64,000 bases of DNA from Macrostomum lignano (GCA_002269645.1 NIVC01000371.1:124001-188000); one strand, 5' to 3'. Shown: positions 46,658 to 60,110, counted from the stretch's first letter. Notes: generated by a model from the letters alone, not told the origin. Numbers and translations are program-made.

Positions 46658-46994
46658 TATTATTATAAAGTTCATTTGGTACTTTTTATTCAAATGATAT
46701 TTTGGGCATTTTCTCTCTGCGTCTCCCAGGCTCTTGAGCACTTTAATACCAGTTCTGATTGATGTATTGTAACCTGGTTGCTAATGGCTGGCATTGTTTG
46801 GAAAAATAAAAACTTATTTCTGATACGACGAGTGAAGTCGTTTCTGTAATTTTTGGATTTAAATCTTTGTTTAGCCTTTGATCTCTTGTGACTTTTCTTT
46901 TTACTGTATGTATAAATTATCTGTTGTTGTTGTTGATGAGTCATCAACTTTCGCATAGGTCTTTAGATTAGACTTTGCTGTTTCCCTTATTCAT

Positions 46995-47585
46995 AATCCC
47001 CTTGTGTGCTTTTGCCACTCCACACACAATCCCCTTGTGTACCCCTGCCACTCCACCCACAATCCCCTTGTGTACCCCTGCCACTGCACCCACAGGCCCC
47101 TTGTGTACCACTGCCACTGCACCCACAGTCCCCTTGTGTACTCCTGCCACTGCACCCACAGTCCCCTTGTGTACCCCTGCCACTGCACCCACAGGCCCCT
47201 TGTGTACCACTGCCACTGCACCCACAGTCCCCTTGTGTACTCCTGCCACTGCACCCACAGTCCCCTTGTGTACCCCTGCCACTGCACCCACAATCCCCTT
47301 GTGTACCCCTGCCACTGCACCCACAGTCCCCTTGTGTACCCCTGCCACTGCACCCACAGTCCCCTTGTGTACCCCTGCCACTCCACCCACAGTCCCCTTG
47401 TGTACCCCTGCCACTGCACCCACAGTCCCCTTGTGTATCCCTGCCACTCCACCCACAATCCCCTTGTGTACCCCTGCCACTGCACCCACAGTCCCCTTGT
47501 GTATCCCTGCCACTCCACCCACAATCCCCTTGTGTACCCCCGCCACTGCACCCACAGTCCCCTTGTGTATCCCTGCCACTCCTTC
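46995..47585. repeat. 33-bp minisatellite CCCCTTGTGTACCCCTGCCACTGCACCCACAGT, downstream of SDA1
   Basis: About 18 units. It explains ORFs 46968-47630. Confidence 0.96.
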
Positions 47586-47917
47586 CGCAGTAACTCCCAA
47601 GCGCCGCCCCATCTAAGCTGTCGTAAGTAAGTAATAAAATGACCTTAAATGTGCCTTTGCTTCAAACAACTGGCTGTTGTGTTTATGGCATGCTTGTAAA
47701 TACAAACTTGGGCACGCCGGACTTGTGTCGCAGTGCCTATAAAACTAAGGATTGGCTAGCATAATCACACTAAGAAGATTTCAACCCCAATAAATGGCGC
47801 AGGACAGCTTTCGCCATTCGCCGTTCGTCGAGTCTGACTCGCCTATCGCCGGTTCGAATCCTGTTTTTAGTGACGCTTCGGAAAATAATAGTGAGTCATA
47901 TCGCCCTTTGTCACTTG

Positions 47918-48092
47918 CGTGGGTTGCTGGGTAATTCAAGTGGGTTGCTGGGTCCTTCAAGTGGGTTGCTGGGTCCTTCAAGTGTGTTGCTGGGTCTTTC
48001 AAATGAGTTGCTGGGTCCTTCAAGTGGGTTGCTGGGTCCTTCAAGTGGGTTGCTGGGTCCTTCAAGTGGGTTGCTGGGTCATTCAAGTGGGT
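47918..48092. repeat. 21-bp repeat GGGTTGCTGGGTCCTTCAAGT
   Basis: About 8 units. Confidence 0.93.
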
Positions 48093-49444
48093 TACCTAAT
48101 CATTCAGGGTTGCTGTTTCTTCATAGGACTTCTTATTTTCATTGAGTCACTGAGTCTCAGTTATTTTTCAGGTATTCTTTGCTTAGAGCGTCAATATTAC
48201 TGGCCCCCATTTATGAGCCGTATTGTAATCTAATCATTTCAACAGGCCAATCTGTCCTATTTTATTACATCTGCGCTCTATTTTCACCGGAATAACAAAC
48301 TAGAAATTTTTAGCACCCTACTCATAGTACTAGTGCAAGCATATGAATGCGTTGGAGAAGAAGAAGGTTTCAAATAACAATTGAGTAGCAGAAGCACCCT
48401 GAGGTTCATCTGCTAGGATTTTCTTGAATTCAATCTATATGTTCTATGCCTGTGTTTTTTGTTTCTTTTAATTGCATTTTCTTGTCTTCTTTTGCTATTC
48501 TAAGCCTACAGCTTACGATGAAGCAGATATTTGATAGCACGCCTGTCTCGCTGCGCAGTTTCTGATAAGCAACGGCAACCCCGCATTCCGCAGCTGGTCG
48601 CCTGCCAGTCCCCAGGATTAAGCTTGATCGACTTTGGCTCTCTCTCTCTCGCCTCGGCGCTGTAATCCATTCCTTGAGCACCCGGCCTAGCCCAGGACTG
48701 AAGGACTATATCCCAGCTGTCTAAACCTCAGCTCTCACTGTCTTACTCTCCATCAGCCAGCCACCTAGCTGAAGTCCAATTTGTTTGACAGTTCGTTCGA
48801 GATGCGGGAGAAAAAGAGACAGACGGGCGGCCAGATTTGAGCAGAACTACTCACTTTGCGGGATAAGCAGATCCTCTCTCTAGATGTGTGTGTGTGTGAG
48901 TCGCTGCGTCGATTCCCTAAAAATCCTCATTTCATTTCGATCCCCTAGCCTGCGGACCAATCGTATAGCATCCCTAGCTGTCCCCCGCCCCCCTACCCAC
49001 ACCTCCATGGCCAGGATCCTCTCTGATCCCGAATTAGTTTCATGAACCCCTTTCTTCCCACCTCATCTGGTTTTTATTTTTTGCAACTACCGTAGCGCTA
49101 GCCTGGCCTGAGATCGCATAGGTTTCTACCCCCCCGTTCTCTCCTTTGCAATCAACCAAGCGAAATAGGAAACAGATACGCGCAGATACAGAAAGCAGGC
49201 GCTGTGAGAAGGGAGAAAAATCCCTTACTAACTAACAACTGAAGGCGCAGAGAGCGCGCTCGCGCAAGAAAAGATTGCGTATATGTTAGAAAGAAATACA
49301 GACACACACACGGGGAGAGACACGCGCTCAATACTTAATCATCGAATCCTGGGTGTTTCCTCCTAGTGTATTTATTCTGCTACTAGAAGACGCACGAGTA
49401 TAGGCGGCAGACAAGACAGAGATATACAAATAATAGCAGCACCG

Positions 49445-49565
49445 ATGCTGTCAGAAGCCGACAGCTGCGAGGAATTATTGTCCATCGACGCCGTCGTCAC
49501 CGAGGTTGGCGAGTCCTTTAAGCAGCAACGGCTTCGGCCGCCGCATGGCAAGCGGTTCGCCTACG
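49445..49565 (+). CDS. Putative first or internal coding exon of an unidentified gene (MLSEADSCEELL...GKRFAY)
   Basis: A GC-rich open frame ending at the strong phase-1 donor CG|GTGAGT. It is phase-compatible with the exon at 58938. Confidence 0.5.
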
Positions 49566-49699
49566 GTGAGTCTCCATCTGGCCAAAGAGCCCCCGACCCC
49601 TTTGGATTCTTTTGAGTGGCTCCAGGGTTACCGGTAGGGATGTTTTTTCTGCACTAAAATTGCTCTCTGTTGAATATTCTAATCATAATTCGGCACATC

Positions 49700-51380
49700 T
49701 ATGACAGTCATCTGATCACCTTTGGACACATCTATGACAGTCATCTGATCACCTTTGGACACATCTATGACAGTCATCTGATCACCTTCGGCACATCTAT
49801 GACTGTCATCTGATCACCTTTGGACACATCTATGACAGTCATCTGATCACCTTCGGCACATCTATGACTGTCATCTGATCACCTTTGGACACATCTATGA
49901 CAGTCATCTGATCACCTTTGGACACATCTATGACAGTCATCTGAACACTTTGGGAACATCTATGACAGTCATCTGATCACCTTTGGACACATCTTCGACA
50001 GTCATCTGATCACCTTTGGACACATCTATGACAGTCATCTGATCACCTTTGGACACATCTATGACAGTCATCTGATCACCTTTGGCACATCTATGACAGT
50101 CATCTGATCACCTTTGGACACATCTTCGACAGTCATCTGATCACCTTTGGACACATCTATGACAGTCATCTGATCACCTTTGGACACATCTATGACAGTC
50201 ATCTGATCACCTTTGGACACATCTATGACAGTCATCTGAACACTTTGGGAACATCTATGACAGTCATCTGATCACCTTTGGACACATCTTCGACAGTCAT
50301 CTGATCACCTTTGGACACATCTATGACAGTCATCTGATCACCTTTGGACACATCTATGACAGTCATCTGATCACCTTTGGCACATCTATGACAGTCATCT
50401 GATCACCTTTGGACACATCTTCGACAGTCATCTGATCACCTTTGGACACATCTTCGACAGTCATCTGATCACCTTTGGACACATCTATGACAGTCATCTG
50501 ATCACCTTTGGGAACATCTATGACAGTCATCTGATCACCTATGACAGTCATCTGATCACCTTTGGACACATCTATGACAGTCATCTGATCACCTTTGGAC
50601 ACATCTATGACTGTCATCTGATCACCTTTGGGAACATCTATGACAGTCATCTGATCACCTTTGGACACATCTATGACAGTCATCTGATCACCTTTGGCAC
50701 ATCTATGACAGTCATCTGATCACCTTTGGACACATCTTCGACAGTCATCTGATCACCTTTGGACACATCTATGACAGTCATCTGATCACCTTTGGACACA
50801 TCTATGACAGTCATCTGATCACCTTTGGACACATCTATGACAGTCATCTGATCACCTTTGGACACATCTTCGACAGTCATCTGATCACCTTTGGACACAT
50901 CTATGACAGTCATCTGATCACCTTTGGCACATCTATGACAGTCATCTGATCAACTTTGGACACATCTTCGACAGTCATCTGATCACCTTTGGACACATCT
51001 ATGACAGTCATCTGATCACCTTTGGACACATCAATGACAGTCATCTGATCACCATTGGACACATCTATGACAGTCATCTGATCACCTTTGGACACATCTA
51101 TGACAGTCATCTGATCACCTTTGGACACATCTATGACAGTCATCTGATCACCTTTGGACACATCTATGACAGTCATCTGATCACCTTTGGACACATCTAT
51201 GACAGTCATCTGATCACCTTTGGCACATCTATGACAGTCATCTGATCACATTTGGACACATCTATGACAGTCATCTGATCACCTTTGGTACATCTATGAC
51301 AGTCATCTGAACACCTTTGGGAACATCTATGACAGTCATCTGATCACCTTCGGCACATCTAAGACAATCATCTGATCACC
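49700..51380. repeat. 33-bp minisatellite GACAGTCATCTGATCACCTTTGGACACATCTAT (with 32-bp variants)
   Basis: About 50 units. It explains ORFs 50363-51209. Confidence 0.97.
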
Positions 51381-52352
51381 TTCCAATTAAAAGCCACCTA
51401 TTCACCCACTGGTTTCTTGGAGGTTTGAACCGCCCGTCTCTTTTCTTATTTATCAATAATAATTTGGACACGAAAAGTAATATTTTTCGAGCCGAAGCCG
51501 CACTTCCTTTTGCCGTCCGGTCCCGACTGTCGGGTTTGCTTATTTAGTGCTTTTTTATTTTATCTCCCTGTCTGTCTGCCTGTCTGTCGCTTTAAGCAGT
51601 CAAACACATTTTAAGCAGATTGCAAAACCGTGTAAACCTGTTTCCGGGTACTCAAAGTCGCTGGCCTTGTTTTCTCAGTTCATGAAAACTTTATTGCAGC
51701 CTTCTAACATCTCTCTCTCTCTCTCTCTCTGCTTGGTTAAGCAAATCGTCAAAAGAATCCCTCGAAAAAGTTTTGCCTCTAAAGAGGCGTCGGAACTGCA
51801 CGGCTGCTCCAACATGTACTCGTAAGCATTAGGCTTATGCCTGAGTTGAAGAGTTCGAGTAGGCAGCACTTGGTCTCGCATCATGCACTTGCTTCATACG
51901 AGCGTACCTCCTATCTCTCTCTGGTTGTTACGCATGGCTTCACACTGCCCCGTGGCCCTCCCCCTTCCCATCTAACAGTTCTCTCTCTACAACACATGCT
52001 TTTGTCAGTAACTGTCATGTGACCCGAAGATAGGCAGCTAAGGTAGAGAAAGCTACCGAGTGTGCGTGGGATTCACCCCAACCCACCCATCTCAAAGCCG
52101 ATTTACTGGCGGCTGGCTACGTGTACAACAGGTGAAAATATGGGCAAGATTTTTTTGGAGTCATTAGTACTCCCCTCTATTTGCTGAGGGTAGTTGGGGT
52201 AAATGAGAGAAGCTGCTGGGAGGCTGCTGTTGTAGATAGATGCAAACGAGCGTATTTTGGAGACCAGTGTTGAGTAGCCTGTGTTTTACTGATTGACAAC
52301 TGTATACTGAAGGTATTATTCAAGCTTTTAAAGATAAATTTTATGAGGTGTT

Positions 52353-53163
52353 GGTCAGAGCATCTCGGCGGTAAACACGTCTGACTCTCGCGCCACGACC
52401 CCTGATTCGATTCCGTGCAGTGATCTTGTAGGTTGTCGTGCCTGTAGGTTGTCGTGCCTGTAGGTTGTCGTGCCTGTAGGTTGTCGTGCCTGTAGGTTGT
52501 CGTGCCTGTAGGTTGTCGTGCCTGTAGCTTGTCGTGCCTGTAGGTTGTCGTGCCTGTAGGTTGTCGTGCCTGTAGGTTGTCGTGCCTGTAGGTTGTCGTG
52601 CCTGTAGGTTGTCGTGCCTGTAGGTTGTCGTGCCTGTAGCTTGTCGTGCCTGTAGGTTGTCGTGCCTGTAGGTTGTCGTGCCTGTAGCTTGTCGTGCCTG
52701 TAGGTTGTCGTGCCTGTAGGTTGTCGTGCCTGTAGGTTGTCGTGCCTGTAGGTTGTCGTGCCTGTAGGTTGTCGTGCCTGTAGGTTGTCGTGCCTGTAGC
52801 TTGTCGTGCCTGTAGGTTGTCGTGCCTGTAGGTTGTCGTGCCTGTAGCTTGTCGTGCCTGTAGGTTGTCGTGCCTGTAGCTTGTCGTGCCTGTAGGTTGT
52901 CGTGCCTGTAGCTTGTCGTGCCTGTAGGTTGTCGTGCCTGTAGCTTGTCGTGCCTGTAGGTTGTCGTGCCTGTAGGTTGTCGTGCCTGTAGGTTGTCGTG
53001 CCTGTAGGTTGTCGTGCCTGTAGGTTGTCGTGCCAACCCCCAAGGCACAGAGAGTGTACATGCCAGGCGATTAGAAAGTCAGGGCCGCTGTACATTCTGT
53101 GTGAGCGTGTGTAAAAGTGCGTGCTTGCGTACAGCATTGGCGCGCTTGTGTGTGCTCAGGATT
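52353..53163 (+). mobile_element. tRNA-derived SINE family 2 with an internal 16-bp expansion
   Basis: Head CAGAGCATCTCGGCGGTAAACACGTCTGACTCTCGCGCCAC..GATTCGATTCC is shared with 62456. The body at 53035-53160 is shared with fragments at 35421, 41472 and 45071. Confidence 0.75.
52427..53034. repeat. 16-bp minisatellite (TGTAG(G/C)TTGTCGTGCC) x38 inside the SINE
   Basis: 608 bp of near-perfect units. It explains ORFs 52177-53137. Confidence 0.97.
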
Positions 53164-54751
53164 CAGCGTTGAAATCGTTGCACCATGGTGGCCGCTGCCC
53201 ATACATTTCAAGATGACGACGAGGCATTTAGTACTAAATATCACCTTATAGAGTCATAGTTACTCCAGCCAAGTACTAAAGATTTAGGGTATTTGGAATT
53301 CTAAAATCTCAAGTTTCCATCGGCCATCCATCCGACTATCGTAATCTTTAGTTTGCAGCTCGTGCCTGTCTGTGATCGATGCAACTGGAGATACCAGTCT
53401 CCGAGAAATGATGAAGACTATTTATTATAAGACACAGAAGATGCGCTAAATAAGAATAAATAGGTGTTATGAGGCTACTCGGCTTAAAGATTTGGATCGG
53501 GGATGGATGGGGGACTGGGAGACTGCCGGATCGAGACGACTTGTCATCAACTAGAAGCCGGAGATGAGGAGAGAAAAGGAGGAAGCGAAAAAAAATTGGG
53601 AAGCTGAGGCAGTAGCGATAAGCCTGGCACGCGAGATGCTGCTAAAGGCGCACTAGTGAAAGACCCCGTTGGCCTATCCAGATTAACGCGAACAGTTTGA
53701 GCATGGATACGTGTGGCTGCTACAGCGGGGGGGGGGCTTCTCAAACTCCTGCCTGTCTTCTCTTGGCCAGACTCGCCAACAGTATGGCTTACTGCTAGGG
53801 GGAGGGCGATTCGCGGAAATTTCCGCCTGCTCTTTCACTCTCACTCACCCCCTCCCCCGTTTTGTCGTGACGCCTAATAAACGTTGAAATGAAGTGAGCT
53901 TCAGAGTAGCAAAGCGATGCCGAGAGGAAAATTAAGCGAAACAGATAAGATATTCCATCTGCTGCTCTGTTGTCTAACAACTGCGTAGACTCGGACTGTC
54001 TGTCGGGCTGTGCTCTACTTTAATCTGCATCTATTTGCTTCATCTTCTGTCTGGCTCTCTGTCCGCTGGCTCTCTCTCTCTATCTTCCTCTATATGGTTG
54101 ATTCCCTCGGCAACAACACCTCAGTGTCGTTCAGTATTTAATAACCAGCTCTATATTGTATTATACTTGTACGCAATGAACTACGAACTACGGGAACACA
54201 CGATGACGATTCTCTCGTAATCATAAGAAGTAAGATAATAAAAGATAATACATATATAATATAATCGGCACTTTAGCCAGCAGAGTGAGCAGATATCGAA
54301 TAGCCCCTGCCTGGACTCGACTCGAAAAGCTGTATAAGATGGTGAAGCTGGAACTGACAGATTAAAGGCTCTCTCTCTCGCTCTTAACTCTGGTCTGCTG
54401 CTTTCATATCCGCCTCTGCCGTCCTCCAGCAGGAGAATAATCTAATTACCAACTCAATTGGCAATTTTCGCGCCTTGACCAGCTCTCCCCCCTCTCCAGT
54501 TCCCTACCGGAGCAATTTTGGTCATCTTATTCCTTCTCTTCCCCCTCCCTCCCTCTCTCTGGTTTCTTAGTTCGTTCTATTTCATTCTAGCTACCAAAGA
54601 GGATTATTCGAACATCAGATAATCTGTTGCTAAGATCAATTGCTGAGTCACTGCAGTTTTCTATCCTTATAACGTGCTCGAGGTCGAGGCACTCGAGGTC
54701 ATTTGTTGAGGCAATTCCATGGCAATCGATGCATAGTATTAACTACGAGAG

Positions 54752-54945
54752 GTTGTCACTGCAGGCAGTTGTCACTGCAGGCAGTTGTCACTGCAGGCAG
54801 TTGTCACTGCAGGCAGTTGTCACTGCAGGCAGTTGTCACTGCAGGCAGTTGTCACTGCAGGCAGTTGTCACTGCAGGCAGTTGTCACTGCAGGCAGTTGT
54901 CACTGCAGGCAGTTGTCACTGCAGGCAGTTGTCACTGCAGGCAGT
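54752..54945. repeat. 16-bp repeat GTTGTCACTGCAGGCA
   Basis: About 12 perfect units. Confidence 0.96.
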
Positions 54946-56342
54946 TGCCGTGGAACCACGAGGAGGTGCTGACGACAAAGAGGAGGTGGCATGAGACTTA
55001 TCCAATCCATATAGTTAGGCCTTACATGTAGGTGCTTTGTAAATTTCAGTCTATGTTGTTGATACTGTAGTACTCGTAAAATGTTAAAATCACGGCGTTC
55101 ATTAATTTACTCGATCCTATCTAAACAGTAATAGCGAGTTCGGCTTTTCTCTTCTAGTACTCTACTTTCGTACAGCAATATTTTGCACCGTGTAAGCCAG
55201 TCTATAGCGAGTTTAGCTGTCCCCAGCGAGTATAGAGGGGTATGGGGTTAGGATATTTTATGAGCCGTTGCGTGCTTCATCACAGATTGACTCGCGTGTC
55301 TTGTTGAACGTCTCTCCCACTAGGATTTCTCCCTTACGGCCCTCCTCTCCCCTCTCTGTAGCAACAGTCTACAGTCCATCGGGACTCGCTTAGTTACTAA
55401 ATGCATATAAAAAATATTCGCATTCCAGCGCCAGCATTCGGGGAAGACGGGACTTGTTGCTGTGTCCTCGTCCCCGGGACTCCCCGCCCTCTGCCTTGCG
55501 TGCTAGGACGTAGTTATAAGCTAATCTTCCTCCTGCGACTGGCGTAATCGGCAAATCACTCACCCCACTCCCTACTCCTCCTCATCGTAGGCTCCCCCCC
55601 CCCCCGGAGACTGGGCACAAATTCCACGCAACCCGTATTTCCTCTAGCTGCCTCTGCTGCTCACGTATCCCAATCTATTCCCTTTTATCTCTTTCCCCAT
55701 CCAAGCTCTTCCATTCATGCTTGAATAGACTTGCTCCACCGTTGGATTGGCTTGAAGTTAAACTTGATTTTTTTACTTTAGCAAATATCTTTGTAGACCA
55801 GTATATTTTTAATCTGTTAGGTTATATGAAGTTCGAATTTAGTTTAGTTTGTAATTGCGCACTCGTCGTCAACAACGGAATATTTTTCTAGCAGTTATAA
55901 CTGTCTTATCATAATATTTTTTTGTTTATTCCTACTAAACATACAGTCAGTGTATCTTAGTGCATTCCAGATGCATTAAATCCCATTGCAGTGACCGATC
56001 ATTTAGGATGATATGATGATGATGATATTTTTTCTCCAGCTAAAAACCGTTCCTGTCTGACTGCCTGTCTATCTGTGCAGATTCATTAATTCCTTTAAAT
56101 CTGGGTGGTTGGCTCCAAGTCACTCTTGGACTCGACTGTCTGTCGTTTTTCTCTTCCGACAGCGCATCTCCTTCAGTTATTCCGTGCACACTTAACCCCA
56201 AACCAAATTAAAACTGTTAGCAGACTTTTGCCACTGCGGTGGATTTCGTAATTTAGATTTACTATTTATTATATTCAATTGATTTAATGATTAATCACTG
56301 CATCGAGCTAATTTAAAGACTTCACTGCATCAAAAGCCAGCA

Positions 56343-57135
56343 AAAATGTGGCTCACTTGCACCAGCTCGGAACTCCACAAGCTGGAGACTTCAGTGCATC
56401 ATAAAATAAAGAATGTGGCTCACTTGCACCAGCTCGGAACTCCACAAGCTGGAGACTTCAGTGCATCAAAATAAAGAATGTGGCTCACTTGCACCAGCTC
56501 GGAACTCCACAAGCTGGAGACTTCAGTGCATCATAAAATAAAGAATGTGGCTCACTTGCACCAGCTCGGAACTCCACAAGCTGGAGACTTCAGTGCATCA
56601 AAATAAAGAATGTGGCTCACTTGCACCAGCTCGGAACTCCACAAGCTGGAGACTTCAGTGCATCATAAAATAAAGAATGTGGCTCACTTGCACCACAAGC
56701 TAGAGACTTCAGTGCATCATAAAATAAAGAATGTGGCTCACTTGCACCACAAGCTGGAGACTTCAGTGCATCATAAAATAATAAAGAATGTGGCTCACTT
56801 GCACCACAAGCTAGAGACTTCAGTGCATCATAAAATAAAGAATGTGGCTCACTTGCACCACAAGCTGGAGACTTCAGTGCATCATAAAATAAAGAATGTG
56901 GCTCACTTGCACCACAAGCTAGAGACTTCAGTGCATCATAAAATAAAGAATGTGGCTCACTTGCACCACAAGCTGGAGACTTCAGTGCATCATAAAATAA
57001 AGAATGTGGCTCACTTGCACCACAAGCTAGAGACTTCAGTGCATCATAAAATAAAGAATGTGGCTCACTTGCACCACAAGCTGGAGACTTCAGTGCATCA
57101 TAAAATAAAGAATGTGGCTCACTTGCACCAGTTCG
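56343..57135. repeat. 54-bp (and 65/67-bp) minisatellite with dimeric higher-order structure
   Basis: Unit AAAATAAAGAATGTGGCTCACTTGCACCACAAGCT(A/G)GAGACTTCAGTGCATCAT. It explains ORFs 56610-57177. Confidence 0.96.
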
Positions 57136-57501
57136 GAGCTCCACACTTTTAAAACTAAAAGCGAAATAACATGGCAACTTTTACTTGATGATACTTAAAG
57201 ATAGAGCTTAAAAAACGGCCCATCTTGACCCCTTGTCCCCCGGGTCTATGACGTTACTGTCCTTAACTATTAAGCTGCAGTCCTATGGCCTTAGGTTAGA
57301 TCATTAGTAGCAGATTATATTAGTTAAACTAAATGATAGAATTTACTGTAGATACAGATTGATCGAGCGAACTCCTGGCAGTTGATTGGTAACGGCTATC
57401 TCTCCTTCTTTCCATCCCTGACTTCATTAGCCCTAGTCCCGCTGGGTCACGTCCGCCTTCCTAAATTGAAGCCGTTTAGAAAGCTTCATAAGAAGAGAAA
57501 A

Positions 57502-57503
<2 letters not shown>

Positions 57504-57570
<67 letters not shown>
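57504..57570. repeat. (AG)n microsatellite
   Basis: Perfect AG run. Confidence 0.97.
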
Positions 57571-57573
<3 letters not shown>

Positions 57574-58937
57574 CAGAGTAGAGTAAGGAGATGAAGCTGG
57601 CAGTTTTTCTTTAATCTTTCCTGCTATATATCGATGCCTCTCTGCACAACACATAGTCTAGTCGGTAGGTAGGTAGGTAGCTCTCGTGCACGATTCCCCA
57701 AACAACTATGGAGTGGGTGGAGCAGTATACAATTAGGGCGGAAAGGCTTTTTCCTAGAAAAAAACCTCCCCGCGATCTGAAGAGAGAAGAAGGTCGTGGA
57801 AGACTGGAGAGAGGAAGTGAGGAGATGAGTAGCGGGGCGAAGGTTAGTCTTGGCGATGCGGCTTGGTTTAAGGCGAAGGGCTAATATAATAAAAGTAATG
57901 GTCATGATGAGATGACAGAAAACTTCCTTAGATAAGTGAGTACCCCCCACAGTTAGAGGCAGACTGTATCCGGGATCGCTGATGAAGCTTATGGGGATCT
58001 TTCAACATTGAAACATATAAAGTTTCCATTCTGTAGTTTTATGATTGTGATATCTGTATAGCCCAGCTCTCTGCTTTTCAATGCCTTTCACTTTTCTGCG
58101 TCAGTATCTACTGCTTAATACTGAAACTACTGCATTGTGTTTCTCAGCACGCGCAGATTATTAATCCACAGGGTGTGGCTAATGACTAAGATAATCGTTA
58201 GGATACATTTTCCCCCTAGTGTTTTTTTAAGTTCAATGCCTGGGCGCACCAATGCACGCGGGAGTTTACTTTCTACTAGGATCGATATCATTTCTGTCCT
58301 CGCATTCGCATGGGATCGCAATGCAATCATATTCAGTTCTCAGCGCAATAATAATATTGACCCGGCATTGTCCCAAATAATGCCTCTAGCGAAAAATCTT
58401 TCTTGTCAAATTCTCATGCATACTACTTATCGTATTTAACAGTAGTCTAACTCTGTGTGTATTGTGTTATTATTTTGGGCGAAGAAACATTTAAAGTAAT
58501 TTAGATCCATTTTTACCTTTGTTCTAATACAAAGGTGGAAAACTGAACGTAGCTTTTATGATGTCTTTTAGTTTATAGTCAGTTTATAGTGTTAATAGCC
58601 AGTTTATAGTTAGTTTATAGTCGATTTATAGTCACGATCTATATAGCCATCAATGGTGAGTAGGTAAGCTACGGACCCGAATATTATAACAAAGTTATGC
58701 AAGCTTGAAATAAAATAAGCCAAGGTTAAAAACAGTTTATTCATCTGCATATAGTGTCGCATCTAGTTATAGTTTATTATTCAATTATTATTAAGAAGTA
58801 GTTTTTACTGAACTTCGAGTACCTCAAATGTAATACAATATAATAGGCTCATCCGTAAGGTTTTTATTGAGCAATTAATCAAGCTTAAATTAGTTGACCT
58901 CAGTTGACCCTAAACTCCGTATTCCTATCTTCTTTAG

Positions 58938-59516
58938 ACGAGCGGCATCCGAGCGCTCTGCCCAGTCCGTACACCAAGTCTATTCACCGGCGCGCTGGCT
59001 ACTCGCCTTCGCCTTCGCCGCCGCCGCCGCCGCCACCACCACCGCCGCCAACGCAGTTGCAGCTAATTGACGATGAAGCTCCCAGTTTCATGCCGACATC
59101 CAGCACCACGGACTCGGGCTTCCCGACGGCCGAACTGGACCAGCTGGACGCCGGCTCTGATGGCGGCCGGTCGTGCACTCCGGTGTCCTCCGCTGCTACT
59201 GCCGCTACTACTGCCGATAGCACTACTGATAGTAGAGCGGAGCGGACTCGATTAGTCAATAGTTTTCCTATTTCTTCGCCGCCAATTCGCGAGACCGATC
59301 TGCTTAGCGAAGCTGGCGCTGACTCTGTCACTGCGGCTACTAATGGCAACAGTGCCAGTAACCATGGCAACTACAGCGACGCCGATAATCAACAACAAAT
59401 CATGCTGTCGGCTCGTTGCGCCGCATTGGAACGCGAAGCCGAGTATTATAAACAGCAGCAGGGCACCACAATGGAAGAGTTGGACAAGTCTGACCGGCTT
59501 AACGATCGGCTTAAAG
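58938..59516 (+). CDS. Internal coding exon (193 codons, phase 1-1) of an unidentified Pro/Ser/Thr-rich, then coiled-coil, protein
   Basis: Acceptor ATCTTCTTTAG| and donor AAAG|GTGAGC. The frame contains poly-Pro followed by heptad-like SARCAALEREAEYYKQQQ..LDKSDRLNDRLK. Confidence 0.72.
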
Positions 59517-59559
59517 GTGAGCGAACTCTAGTGCTCTAGTTGTGATAATAAGGAGATCG

Positions 59560-60110
59560 TATGACCAACAGTCATATGCACTCGTATGACCAATGATAGA
59601 TCTTATGCACTCGTATGACCAATGATAGACCATATACACTCGTATGACCAATGGTAGACCATATGCAGTCGTATGACTATTGATAGATTATATACGCTCC
59701 TATGACCAAGGCTAGATCATAAACACTCCCATGACCAATGGTAGATCATATACGTTCCTATGACCAATGATAGACCATATACACTCGTATGACCAATCAT
59801 AAATCTTATACACTCGTATGACCAATCATAACCTTATACAATCGTATGACCGATCATAAATCTTATACACTCGTAGACCAATGATAGATCATACACACTC
59901 CTATGACCAATGATAGATCATATACGCTCCTATGACCAAGAATGACGTAGACCGTAGATCGTATACGCTCCTATGACCAAGAATGACGTAGACCGTAGAT
60001 CGTATACGCTTCTATGACCTATGATGGATAAAATACGCTCCTATGACCAATGATACATCATATACACTCCTATGTCCAAGGCTATGATCATATACGAGCG
60101 TATACTCGCA
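59560..60110. repeat. Degenerate ~27-30-bp repeat (TATACACTCGTATGACCAATGATAGACC)
   Basis: A recurrent TATGACCAA core starting just after the exon at 58938-59516. Confidence 0.85.

Noticed and set aside
47800-47870. B-box-like GGTTCGAATCC as a tRNA or SINE
   Set aside because: There is no convincing A box or cloverleaf.
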